DNA of 64,000 nt from Bryobacterales bacterium (GTDB lineage: Bacteria; Acidobacteriota; Terriglobia; Bryobacterales; UBA6623): positions 928,001 to 992,000 of the forward strand of contig OY729428.2 of assembly GCA_963422375.2 (NCBI GenBank), in the 5' to 3' direction. A program made the position numbers and the translations under genes. The notes below the pieces were generated by a model. That model was not told the DNA's origin, made no database searches, and saw nothing but the letters and a program-made list of their open reading frames with translations. Positions 9,510 through 18,606 of this stretch are shown one piece after another. Positions within the stretch are counted from its first letter, which is position 1, and every line of letters starts with the position of its first letter.

Positions 9510-10355
9510 GTGAAACCTGCATGCATCCTGACGGCAGCACTCGTCTTGCTGGGATTCCTCGCTCCGGCTTCCGTCGGCGCCGCGGACGAACGAATCTTCA
9601 ACACGGTCAAGCAGAAGCTCGCCGAAGGCAAGCAGGTGGTCGGCGGCACGGTCAACACCTCCGACCCCAACATCTACTGCGCGATGGCCAACTCCGGCTT
9701 CGACTTCCTCTGGATCGAGATGCAGCACAGCCCGCTCACCTATGACCAGGCGGCGAAGATGATCTGGGCCTGCCGGGGCGCGCCTGCGATACCGTTCATC
9801 CGCGTCCCCACACCGACGGAGGGCGATATCCAGAAGGCTACCGACATCGGGGCCTTGGGGATTGTCGTGCCCATGGTGGACAGCGTCCAAGAGGCCGAGG
9901 ACGGCGTGACGTACGCCAAGTTCCCGCCGCGAGGCAAGCGCAGCCGCGGCGGAGGCCAGTACGGAAGGCTCTGGGGCCCGGACTATCGCGAGCTGGCGAA
10001 CGACAACATCATGGTCGTCGTGATGATAGAGTCACCCGCGGGAGTGGATATCGTCGACGAGGTCGCGGCGATCGACGGGGTCGATGTCGTTTTCGCTGCC
10101 AGCGGCGACATCGGCAGTTTCACCGGCTGGGCCCGCGACGATCCGCGGTACATGGCACTGATTGAGAAGATCAAAGTCGAAACGCTCAAGGCGGGCAAGA
10201 TCCTCGCCGGACCGCTCTCATGGCGCGACCGGGAGGGCTTCATGTTCTTCCAGGGGCCGTCAGAGGGCAGTCTCATCCAGGACGGCGCCAAGGCCGCCTT
10301 GGAACAGCCTGCGGAGGCCATGGAGGACACCGCCACGGGAGACGAAGCGAACTAG
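9510..10355 (+). CDS. HpcH/HpaI aldolase/citrate lyase family protein with N-terminal signal peptide
   Basis: GFDFLWIEMQH, IRVP, VVMIES and DGVDVVF motifs; ggaggga SD; TATACT -10-like hexamer at 9463. Confidence 0.88.
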   Translation: MKPACILTAALVLLGFLAPASVGAADERIFNTVKQKLAEGKQVVGGTVNTSDPNIYCAMANSGFDFLWIEMQHSPLTYDQAAKMIWACRGAPAIPFIRVPTPTEGDIQKATDIGALGIVVPMVDSVQEAEDGVTYAKFPPRGKRSRGGGQYGRLWGPDYRELANDNIMVVVMIESPAGVDIVDEVAAIDGVDVVFAASGDIGSFTGWARDDPRYMALIEKIKVETLKAGKILAGPLSWRDREGFMFFQGPSEGSLIQDGAKAALEQPAEAMEDTATGDEAN

Positions 10356-10433
10356 CCGCGCGCCGCGACGGGCGGGCCCTCGGGAACGGACCCGAATGTC
10401 TGCGTGAGCCGCCGACCGGCTTGGGGACCGTGG

Positions 10434-11336
10434 CTACGGCTTGGCCACGATCAGGAAAAGATACAGCAGCGGCAGGTACAGGACGGATGCCCGCAACAGC
10501 TCCTTCGCGCTCTTGGGGGCGCCCGTCCGCACCAGCCGGAGGCCGTAGGCAAGGTAGCCCGCTCCCAGCAGGAACGCGGGGATGGCGTACCACCAAGCGA
10601 CCATGCCCAGCCACGCGGGCAGCATGGACAGCGGCACCAGCGCCGTCCCCGCCCCGACGATCTGCCGGTACGTCGACTCGCCGGTCGGCTCGATCACCGG
10701 GAGCATGCAGATTCCGGCGCGACCGTAGTCTTCGCGGTACATCCACGCTATGGCGTAGAAATGCGGGAACTGCCACAGGAAGAGGATGCCGTACAGGACC
10801 CAGCCCTCCAGGTCCAGAGCGCCCCGGATCGCCGCCCAGCCCAGCAGCGGGGGCACCGCCCCCGGAAAGGCCCCCAGCGCGGTCGACAGCCAAGTCCTCG
10901 TCTTGAGCGGCGTGTAGACGAAGTTGTAGCTGACGACCGTGAAGACCCCCAAGGCGAAGCTCAGGGGGTTGACCAGCGCCAGCAGGTGAATGAGCCCGGC
11001 CGCCGTGAGCCCGCCTGCGTAGAGCAGGGCCGCGCGAGGCCGCACCCGCCCGGACGGCAGCGGGCGGCCGGCGGTCCGGCGCATGCGACTGTCCGCGTCG
11101 CGCTCCCACCACTGGTTCAGAGCGCCTGTCCCGGCCGCGAGCAGCCCGGTCGCGACGATGGCATGCACGAACTGCTCGGTCAGCAGGGGGCCCTGGACCG
11201 CCAAGTAGCAGCCCATGACCGTCGACATCAGGATGAGCCAGACGATCGACGGCTTCGCCAGCTCGTTGTAGGCCGGCAGTGCCGCGGACATCCCCGGCAG
11301 GCGGGACCCGGCGCTCGTCCGCGAATTGGCGTCCAT
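10434..11336 (-). CDS. cyoE: Protoheme IX farnesyltransferase (heme O synthase)
   Basis: NQWWERDADSRMRRTAGRPLPSGR, YTPLK, GAVPPLLGW and WQFPHFYAIAW motifs. Confidence 0.95.
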   Translation of the reverse strand: MDANSRTSAGSRLPGMSAALPAYNELAKPSIVWLILMSTVMGCYLAVQGPLLTEQFVHAIVATGLLAAGTGALNQWWERDADSRMRRTAGRPLPSGRVRPRAALLYAGGLTAAGLIHLLALVNPLSFALGVFTVVSYNFVYTPLKTRTWLSTALGAFPGAVPPLLGWAAIRGALDLEGWVLYGILFLWQFPHFYAIAWMYREDYGRAGICMLPVIEPTGESTYRQIVGAGTALVPLSMLPAWLGMVAWWYAIPAFLLGAGYLAYGLRLVRTGAPKSAKELLRASVLYLPLLYLFLIVAKP

Positions 11337-11375
11337 GCCCGTTGCGGTCCGGCGGGGCCCGAGGGCCGAGCCGAC

Positions 11376-12194
11376 CTAGCCCGTGAATGCGAAGTCGACC
11401 TGCTTGCTCTCGCCAGCCCCGACCGTGAACTCGATCTCCTGCTCGCCGATCCGCTCGTGCGTGGCTTGCAAGGTGTAGGTCCCCGGAGGCAGGTTCCCGA
11501 TTTCGAACCCGCCGCCGGAATCCGTGACCGCGAAGTACGGGTGCTCCATCACGTGGATGTACGCTTGCATCCACGGATGAATGTTGCACTTGACGGCGAT
11601 CTTCAGCTCCGGCCGCGGGAACTTGTAGGCAATCGCCGGAGCGCCGGATGTCTGCGACTTGTTCCACTCCCGGTTCTCGCGCGGCAGCGGATGCACGTTG
11701 TGCGTGGTGGGATCGGAGTTGGTGATGCTCAGCGACTGGCCGGCCTGCACCGCCACCACGTGGGGCTTGTAGATGCAGCCCTTCTGGTCGAGGCTCACCA
11801 CGTCCGTGCGAACCGGGAAGCGCTTGCCTTCCAAGCCCTTCGACACCCACACGAGTGCGTCCTGTAGCTTCCCGTCCGCCAAGAGCACGCGATCCGACGG
11901 GACGCGCCCGCCGTGGAGTTCCATGCAGTCCGGCTCGGCGCTCATGTTGACCGGCGGGAACCGAGGCGCCTCGCCCGAGAAGGACACCGTGCCCGACACC
12001 TGGGCCGCGGTGGCCGAATCGACGGTGGTCATGACGCCCGCCGCGGGAGCGGCGCTCTCGGTCGAGCCGCCGCTGGACCTGGCGTCGTACTGGTCGAAGT
12101 AGTCGTCGCCGCCGCACGAAACCGCGACCACCGCGGCAGCGAGCGCCGAGACCAGCAGCAGGGCTAGGAATCTACGATTGAACACGCTTGGCAC
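11376..12194 (-). CDS. Lipoprotein with cupredoxin-like and carboxypeptidase-regulatory-like domains
   Basis: Lipobox-like VSC; DQKGCIYKPHV, HNVH and KCNIHPWM motifs; C-terminal PGTYTL beta-sandwich. Confidence 0.75.
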   Translation of the reverse strand: MPSVFNRRFLALLLVSALAAAVVAVSCGGDDYFDQYDARSSGGSTESAAPAAGVMTTVDSATAAQVSGTVSFSGEAPRFPPVNMSAEPDCMELHGGRVPSDRVLLADGKLQDALVWVSKGLEGKRFPVRTDVVSLDQKGCIYKPHVVAVQAGQSLSITNSDPTTHNVHPLPRENREWNKSQTSGAPAIAYKFPRPELKIAVKCNIHPWMQAYIHVMEHPYFAVTDSGGGFEIGNLPPGTYTLQATHERIGEQEIEFTVGAGESKQVDFAFTG

Positions 12195-12216
12195 CTCCTA
12201 AAGAGCGTCGCTTCCC

Positions 12217-15213
12217 TCATTGTAGGGCTTGCAGACGGCGCAGCTCCGTGCTGTCCATCTGGAACATGTAGCGGGTCAGCAGGTCGGCGTGGTCGCCGGA
12301 ATAGTTGCGGGCGGCCGCGGGAAGGTCGCCCTCGAAGACCCACCTGTCGCGGTCCCTCCGGAACAGATCCGACGGCATCGCCGTGCCCGGCGCGATCGAG
12401 GCCGGCTCGAGCAGCCAGCGATACGTCCAGTTGGGCTTGAGGCGCTCGGCGGCGATCAGGAAGTTGGGCGCGGTCGCGTCCGCGTCCTGCGAGGGGACGC
12501 CTGTCATGTGGCACTTCAGGCACGGCGCCGCGTCGCTGGTGAAGAGCTGGCGGCCGATCGCCCGCTCGGCTTCCGTCAGGGGGGCCATTTCCTCCGGCAT
12601 GTACGGCACCGGCTGCGAGTCCCGCGCCATGAAGAACTTGCTCACCTTGGCTATCTGGCGGTCCGAGAAGTAGAACGTCGGCATCCTTGCGTGGAGGTAG
12701 CTGCGAACGCCGTTGCGGTTGGTGTCGGTCTCGCTCAGCGCCGGGTTGCGCAGGAACTCCGCTAGCCAGGAGGGCTGCACGCGAGCGCCCTGCGCGTAGA
12801 GCTGCGGGGGCAGCTGCTCGGCCCAGTCCGGGTCGTCGGTGTAGCGCGGGATCGACATGAAGGACGACTCGTTGCCCGGCCGGATCTGGTGGCAGCCGGT
12901 GCAGTTGTGGCGCACGAGAATCCACCAGCCCGCCTGCGCGTCGGCCCGCTGGTCTTCGGGCTCGTAGCGGTAGTGCTCCGGGAAGGTCGTCTCGACCGCG
13001 CCCAGCAGGAACGTGGTCAGGGCGTTGATCTCCGACGGGTCCAGGTTGAAGTTCGGCATTCGCAGCCGCTCCAGGTGCTCGCGCTCCTTGCCGTCATCGA
13101 AGACGGCCGGGTTCTCCAGCTTGTGCTCGAAGAACCCCTTGTGGCTGTACCAGCCCTCCCGCTCCGCCTCGTGGGTCTTCAGCGCGAAGTCGAGGCGCTC
13201 GAGGGGCTTGCTGCCTTCGACGGTCAGGTCGGTGCCGATCCGTCCCTCCTCCTCGAGGCCCGAGATCTCGTGGCAGCCGGCGCAGCCGTAGTGCTTGATC
13301 GCGTCCAGCCCCGCGGCGGCAAGCTGCGGATCGTCCATGTATTCGGCGGCGGGATACTCGGCGCCCGCGCCGTGCTGGCTAAGGTAGGTGGCGATGTCGC
13401 GGGACTCCTCGAGCGTCAGGCGCAGGCTCGGCATGATCGGCCGAGGGCGCAGCTCGTCGGGCACGTCCGGATCCGGCGTGACCTCGGAGGGGTCGTGGAT
13501 CCAGCGGACCATGTAGTCGTAGTTCATCTTCGCGCCGACGCGGCTCAGGTTCGCGGCGAACGCGCCGCCCACGCGGTCGGCGCCCTCTCCGATCGAGTGG
13601 CAGCCCATGCAGCCGCGCGTCTCGAACAGCTCCTTGCCGGCGTCGGCGTCGCCGCGACGGTGCTGGACGAGCTGGCCGTCCAGCGCGTTCTGCCACAGGT
13701 AGGCCGAGATCTGGCGGACTTCCTCGTCCAGCAGGCGGAACACGGGCATCTTGGACCCGGGCCGGAACTCGTGCGGGTTCTTGATCCACTCCGGGATCCA
13801 TTCCTTGACGTCCTTGAGCCTGACTTCCTTCAGGCTCGGCCCGAACTTCTTCACCTCGCGGGCGAGATTCGCCTGCTCGACCCGCAAGTTGTGGACTTCC
13901 GCGTCGATCCGGGTGTTCGCCAGGCGCAGCTCCTCCGCCCGGGCGTAGAGCGCCCGGGCCGCGCCGGCGTCCGCCGCCGTGTCCCCGCGGCTCTCGCTGA
14001 TGCGGACCTCCTTGGCGTTGGCGTCGCGCGTCGCCACGAGATTGCGCATCTCCTGGCGCACGGCCGTCAGCTCCTCGGACTCGGCATCGAAGCCCTCGAA
14101 GCGGTGGCAGCCCCAGCAGCCCTTGTTCATGTACAGCTCGCGGCCCTGGTTGAGCGTCTCGCCGCCGGGCGTAACGATCTCCCTGGCGTGGCACTGGTGG
14201 CAGCCCGCCTCCACGTTCTCGGGGAAGTACATGGGCCACAGCCAGAACTTGTGGCGCCCGTGCCCCTTGGTCACGCTGCGGGTGGCCCGTCCGTTGCCGT
14301 TGTGGCAGGAGGAACAGCCGAAGGCCTCGGGGTCGTGGATCGAGAGCAGGTCGGGCCGCGGATGGCTCCGGAAAACCGGGTAGATGAGGTCGGTCGGCCC
14401 GATCTCCATCGGCTCGCGGATACCCAGGTGGCACGACTCGCAGCGGTCGACCAGGTCGATGTCCATCAGGTGTATCTGCTTGATGCCCGTTTGGAACTCG
14501 CGCATGTTGGAGATGAGGCCGTCGATCTGCGTCGCGCCCAGCCCGACCAGCCGGTCGGCCATCAGGGAGTCGCGCTCGGACCGCACCGCGTTGGCCTCCT
14601 CCAGCGCTGCCAAGCGCTCGGCCTGCAGGCTCGCGCGGGCCCCCTGGAGTCCGAGAAACTCCGCCTCGAGCTGCTCGAATTTCAGCTCCAGCTCCTCGGT
14701 ATCTCCGGAGCCGTCCGCCAGCGGCAGCTCCACCTCGACAATGCGCTCGCGGATTTCGGCGATGTCCTCGCGAATGCTGTCCTTTTCGCTCTCGTCGTGC
14801 GACACCTCGACCCGGTAGCGCAGGGCGTCGATCTCGCTCCGCAGGACCTGGAACGCGTTCCGCGCCGCGGTCATGCGCGGGATGACGCCGCGGCCGACCT
14901 CGGTGTCGATCGTCGCGATGCGCTCGCGGACGGCCGCCTCGGCGGCCTCCAGCTCCGCGCTCACGGCCTGGTACTCGGGCGACTGGCGGATCGCCTCCTC
15001 CTTGGCGGCCTGCTCCGGGCGGGCCTTCATCAGGAAGCCCGTGTAGTAGGCGCGGAAGCGCGCTTGGTACTCCTTGTACGGGCGCATCAACTCGACCTCG
15101 TCGTAGACCGCCCACACGAGGGACCCCATCAGCAGCAGCATCGACACCAGCAGGTGGACGCTGTAGGACTTGGTGGTAATCGGATCCGGCTGGACTTGGT
15201 TGTCTTCTGGCAT
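12217..15213 (-). CDS. Membrane-anchored octaheme cytochrome c with coiled-coil segments
   Basis: Eight CxxCH motifs (CESCH, CSSCH, CHQCH, CWGCH, CMGCH, CAGCH, CTGCH, CLKCH); N-terminal TM helix. Confidence 0.88.
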   Translation of the reverse strand: MPEDNQVQPDPITTKSYSVHLLVSMLLLMGSLVWAVYDEVELMRPYKEYQARFRAYYTGFLMKARPEQAAKEEAIRQSPEYQAVSAELEAAEAAVRERIATIDTEVGRGVIPRMTAARNAFQVLRSEIDALRYRVEVSHDESEKDSIREDIAEIRERIVEVELPLADGSGDTEELELKFEQLEAEFLGLQGARASLQAERLAALEEANAVRSERDSLMADRLVGLGATQIDGLISNMREFQTGIKQIHLMDIDLVDRCESCHLGIREPMEIGPTDLIYPVFRSHPRPDLLSIHDPEAFGCSSCHNGNGRATRSVTKGHGRHKFWLWPMYFPENVEAGCHQCHAREIVTPGGETLNQGRELYMNKGCWGCHRFEGFDAESEELTAVRQEMRNLVATRDANAKEVRISESRGDTAADAGAARALYARAEELRLANTRIDAEVHNLRVEQANLAREVKKFGPSLKEVRLKDVKEWIPEWIKNPHEFRPGSKMPVFRLLDEEVRQISAYLWQNALDGQLVQHRRGDADAGKELFETRGCMGCHSIGEGADRVGGAFAANLSRVGAKMNYDYMVRWIHDPSEVTPDPDVPDELRPRPIMPSLRLTLEESRDIATYLSQHGAGAEYPAAEYMDDPQLAAAGLDAIKHYGCAGCHEISGLEEEGRIGTDLTVEGSKPLERLDFALKTHEAEREGWYSHKGFFEHKLENPAVFDDGKEREHLERLRMPNFNLDPSEINALTTFLLGAVETTFPEHYRYEPEDQRADAQAGWWILVRHNCTGCHQIRPGNESSFMSIPRYTDDPDWAEQLPPQLYAQGARVQPSWLAEFLRNPALSETDTNRNGVRSYLHARMPTFYFSDRQIAKVSKFFMARDSQPVPYMPEEMAPLTEAERAIGRQLFTSDAAPCLKCHMTGVPSQDADATAPNFLIAAERLKPNWTYRWLLEPASIAPGTAMPSDLFRRDRDRWVFEGDLPAAARNYSGDHADLLTRYMFQMDSTELRRLQALQ

Positions 15214-15247
15214 GTAATTCCCTAGTCCCTGGCTGCGCGCGCCGCGG

Positions 15248-16183
15248 CTAGACGTTGAACCAAGGCGTGACCCACACGTACTTGATGCGGAACAGGAGGC
15301 GCGCCGCGATCTTGACCGGCAGCGCGAGCATTACGATCAGCAGCGACTGCAGGATTACGTACTGCAGCAGCGACATGCGGCCGAGAATCTTGCGCGAGAA
15401 CTCGGTCGCCGTCACGAGCCGGTGGCAGGCGTAGCCCGCGATCGCGAAGAAGCCGCCCACGACCAAGCCGCCGAAGATGCCGATCCAGGGCTGCGACGTG
15501 ATCCCGACTATCTCGTGCAGGTCGCGGTTGATCTCGAAGATGAGGCGATTGTGGTCCCAGGTCATGCCGGGCCAGAACCACATCCAGCCCGGGCCGCGAA
15601 TCAGGGTGCCGATGACGATCATCGAGCACCACAGGATGATGAACCCGAAGATGAACGTCCAGATCGCGAATCGGCGCTGGCGGTAGGTGTAGTAGCCGTT
15701 GCCGAGCGGGTTCTCGTCGATGTAGGGGATGACGATCAGGCCGATAATGATCAGCGTCGGCATCACCACTCCCGCGATCCACGGGTCGAAGTAGACCAGC
15801 ATCTCCTGCAGGCCGAGGAAGTACCACGGCGCCTTGGACGGGTTCATGGTCAGGGAGGGGTTGGCGGGCTCCTCGAGCGGGGCGTCCAGCGAGATCGACC
15901 AGACCATAAGGATCACCGTGACGATGATCGTCGCGAGGAACTCCATGCGCAGCAGGTACGGCCAGACGCTGACCTCGCGGGCCCAGCCCTTCTGGAAGGG
16001 CTCCGTCTTGCGGTGGTGCGTCTTCGCCAGGTCCTTGTCGCCCTCCAGCCGCTCGATCAGGCGGTCGTTGGCGAAGGCCTGCCGCAGCCCGTACCAAGCG
16101 AAGAACGGCACTATGAAGATCATCCCCACGATGGGGATGTTGTCCGGCAGCGAAATGATGGTCCAGAGCTGATGCCAATCCAT
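15248..16183 (-). CDS. petD: Cytochrome b C-terminal part / subunit IV-like protein of a Rieske-cytochrome b complex
   Basis: WPYLL..EF, PANPSLTMNPSKAPWYFLGLQEML (PEWY-equivalent) and IPYID motifs; multiple TM helices. Confidence 0.8.
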   Translation of the reverse strand: MDWHQLWTIISLPDNIPIVGMIFIVPFFAWYGLRQAFANDRLIERLEGDKDLAKTHHRKTEPFQKGWAREVSVWPYLLRMEFLATIIVTVILMVWSISLDAPLEEPANPSLTMNPSKAPWYFLGLQEMLVYFDPWIAGVVMPTLIIIGLIVIPYIDENPLGNGYYTYRQRRFAIWTFIFGFIILWCSMIVIGTLIRGPGWMWFWPGMTWDHNRLIFEINRDLHEIVGITSQPWIGIFGGLVVGGFFAIAGYACHRLVTATEFSRKILGRMSLLQYVILQSLLIVMLALPVKIAARLLFRIKYVWVTPWFNV

Positions 16184-16213
16184 GGTTCCGGTTCCTGTGC
16201 CTGCGGGCCGGGC

Positions 16214-17146
16214 CTACCTGCGCAGCGGCTTGATCTCCCGCTCCAAGGTCATGCGGTTGGGGCCGGAGATGCCGCCGTCCTTCCGGACGCGCCAGAAATG
16301 CACGATCATGAAGGTCGCCGCGAAGCCGGGAATCGCGATGCAGTGCCAGATATAGGCCCTTAGCAGGGCGTTGGCGTCCACGATCGACCCGCCCAGCAGC
16401 GCGAATCGCACGTCGTTGAAGGGCGTCATGCCGATCTGCGGCCCGAACGGGCCTTCGTGACCGAGCATCGGGGTGGCCCGGGCCATGTTGGTGCCGACGG
16501 TGACCGCCCAGAAGCCGAGCTGGTCGTCCGGCAGGAGGTAGCCCGTGAACGACAGCAGCAGGGTGAGCACCAGCAGGATCACCCCGACCGACCAGTTGAA
16601 CTGGCGCGGCTTCTTGTACGAACCGGTCAGGAACACGCGGAACATGTGCAGCTGCACGGTCAGGACCATCGCGTGCGCGGCCCAGCGGTGCATGTTGCGC
16701 AACAGCTTGCCGAACGGGACGTCGTGCTCTAAGTACAGGATGTCGCGGAACGCCTGCACCTTGGTCGGGTGGTAGTAGAACATGAGCAGGACGCCGGTCC
16801 AGGTAAGCACCCAGAAGAGGTAGAAGCTGATGCCGCCCATGCCCCAGGTGAAGCTGTAGCGCACCGCGTCGCGGTTCACCTTCGCGGGATGCAGGTGCAG
16901 GAAGACGTTGCTCAGCACGCCCAAGGTGCGGCTGCGGGCGGTCTCGTCGTGCTTGACGCGGAAAATCGACTTGTAGACCTCGGTCTTGGTGGGCTCGCGG
17001 ACCGCTTTCAGATCCATGAGCGCCTTCTGCTTGATCGCGTCCGGGTCGACCTTCACGCCCAGCAGGTTGCGCGCGCCGTTGCCGCTGCCGTTGGAGGACC
17101 CGCCGGCCCGCTTCGGCTGGGCGTCGGCCTGTTTGGTGTCAGCCAT
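16214..17146 (-). CDS. petB: Cytochrome b6-type N-terminal cytochrome b
   Basis: RNMHRWAAH...LHMFRVF, FTGYLLP, H-x14-H second ligand pair and terminal GISGP. Confidence 0.9.
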   Translation of the reverse strand: MADTKQADAQPKRAGGSSNGSGNGARNLLGVKVDPDAIKQKALMDLKAVREPTKTEVYKSIFRVKHDETARSRTLGVLSNVFLHLHPAKVNRDAVRYSFTWGMGGISFYLFWVLTWTGVLLMFYYHPTKVQAFRDILYLEHDVPFGKLLRNMHRWAAHAMVLTVQLHMFRVFLTGSYKKPRQFNWSVGVILLVLTLLLSFTGYLLPDDQLGFWAVTVGTNMARATPMLGHEGPFGPQIGMTPFNDVRFALLGGSIVDANALLRAYIWHCIAIPGFAATFMIVHFWRVRKDGGISGPNRMTLEREIKPLRR

Positions 17147-17166
17147 GCTCTAGATTCCTCCCCGCA

Positions 17167-17736
17167 TCACACCTGGATGTAGCTGCCGTCGTTGTTGAAC
17201 TGGGTGGGCTGGCCCTTCTCCTCGCGGAACAGCACGCTCGTGTCGACCACGATGCGCCCCTGCGGGTCCAGCACGACGGAGGCGCGGTCCAGCGGTCGCG
17301 GCGCGGGCCCTTCGTAGTTCCGCCCCTCGGGGTCGTAGCCGCTGCCGTGGCAGGGGCACTTGAACTTCGACTCGCTGAGCTTCCAGTCCGGCGTGCAGCC
17401 GAGATGGGTGCAGCTGGCGTAGATCACGAACAGGCGATCCGTCGTGCGCACCACCCAGATGCGCTTGCTCTTCTGGAAGCGCGTGTCGATGCCGATCGGG
17501 AAATCCGCGGGCAGCCCGATGCGGAACTGCGTGCGCGGCTCGAAGATCGTCCGCGGGAAGAAAAAGCGCAGGAACATCAGGAAGTTCGCTGTCAGGAACC
17601 CGCCCGTCAGCAGGCCGATCATGCGGCGACGCGAGCGGATGCGACGCGCCTCGTCCGAGCTCTCCGACTGGACGCTCGCCTTGATGCGGTCTATCAGCGA
17701 AGCGCGGGCCGGTCCCGCGGCCTGGTCTTCCGGCAT
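17167..17736 (-). CDS. petC: Rieske [2Fe-2S] protein of the cytochrome bc/b6f-type complex
   Basis: CTHLGC and CPCHGS boxes, GPAPRPL; RR motif plus TM anchor. Confidence 0.92.
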   Translation of the reverse strand: MPEDQAAGPARASLIDRIKASVQSESSDEARRIRSRRRMIGLLTGGFLTANFLMFLRFFFPRTIFEPRTQFRIGLPADFPIGIDTRFQKSKRIWVVRTTDRLFVIYASCTHLGCTPDWKLSESKFKCPCHGSGYDPEGRNYEGPAPRPLDRASVVLDPQGRIVVDTSVLFREEKGQPTQFNNDGSYIQV

Positions 17737-17795
17737 TACTACCCCCGAAAAAATGCGTGCGCCATCCAAGCCGGCGCCGCGCGACTACTGCCCCT

Positions 17796-18590
17796 TCATT
17801 GTATGAAACGCTGCCTGCCTGCCACAAACCGCCCCGCGGCGGCCCGCTCAGGCACCCCGTCGCGCTCGAGCAGGCGCCGCGCGCGCTCGAGATCCTCGGG
17901 CGTGTCGACGCTCACGCCCACATGGTCGGCGGTGGGGACGACGGCGATCCGGTAGCCGTGCTCCAGGGCGCGCAGCTGCTCCAGCCCCTCGACGCCTTCC
18001 AGCTCGGTCGGCTCCAAGCGGCTGAATGCCAGCAGGAACTCCCGCCGGTACGCGTAGATGCCGATGTGCTCCCACGCTTCGTGCGCTGCGGAGCGCCCGG
18101 GGTAGGGGATCGGGCTGCGCGAGAAGTACAGCGCGTCGCCGGAGCGGCGCGTGACCACCTTGACGACGTTGGGATCGGCGAGGACCTCGGGATCGTCGAT
18201 CGGCTTGGCGAGCGTCGCCATCGGGGCGGATCCCGGCCGCAGCAGCGGCCGCACGACTTGCTCCAGGATGCCGGGGCTGACGAAGGGCTCGTCCCCCTGC
18301 ACGTTCACCACGACGCCCGCCGAGTCCCCGGCGGCCACCTCGGCCACGCGGTCCGTGCCGGAGAGATGGTCTGGCGAAGTCATCGCGCAGCTGCCGCCGA
18401 AGGCCTCCACGGCCTCGCGAATGCGGCGATCGTCGGTGGCCACGACCACGCGCTCGAGCAGGGCGCAGCCCGCGGCCCGCTCGTAGACGTGCTGAACCAA
18501 GGGCTTCCCGCCCAGCAGGGCGAGGGGCTTGCCTTCAAAGCGGCGCGAGCCGAAGCGGGCGGGGATGACGCCGAGTACGGATTCAGGCAA
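17796..18590 (-). CDS. kdsB: 3-deoxy-manno-octulosonate cytidylyltransferase
   Basis: IPARFGSRRFEGKPL, SGTDRVAE, NVQGDEP, HIGIYAYR and LEQLRALE motifs. Confidence 0.96.
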   Translation of the reverse strand: MPESVLGVIPARFGSRRFEGKPLALLGGKPLVQHVYERAAGCALLERVVVATDDRRIREAVEAFGGSCAMTSPDHLSGTDRVAEVAAGDSAGVVVNVQGDEPFVSPGILEQVVRPLLRPGSAPMATLAKPIDDPEVLADPNVVKVVTRRSGDALYFSRSPIPYPGRSAAHEAWEHIGIYAYRREFLLAFSRLEPTELEGVEGLEQLRALEHGYRIAVVPTADHVGVSVDTPEDLERARRLLERDGVPERAAAGRFVAGRQRFIQ

Positions 18591-18606
18591 CTCCTCTCAT
18601 TCTTGC

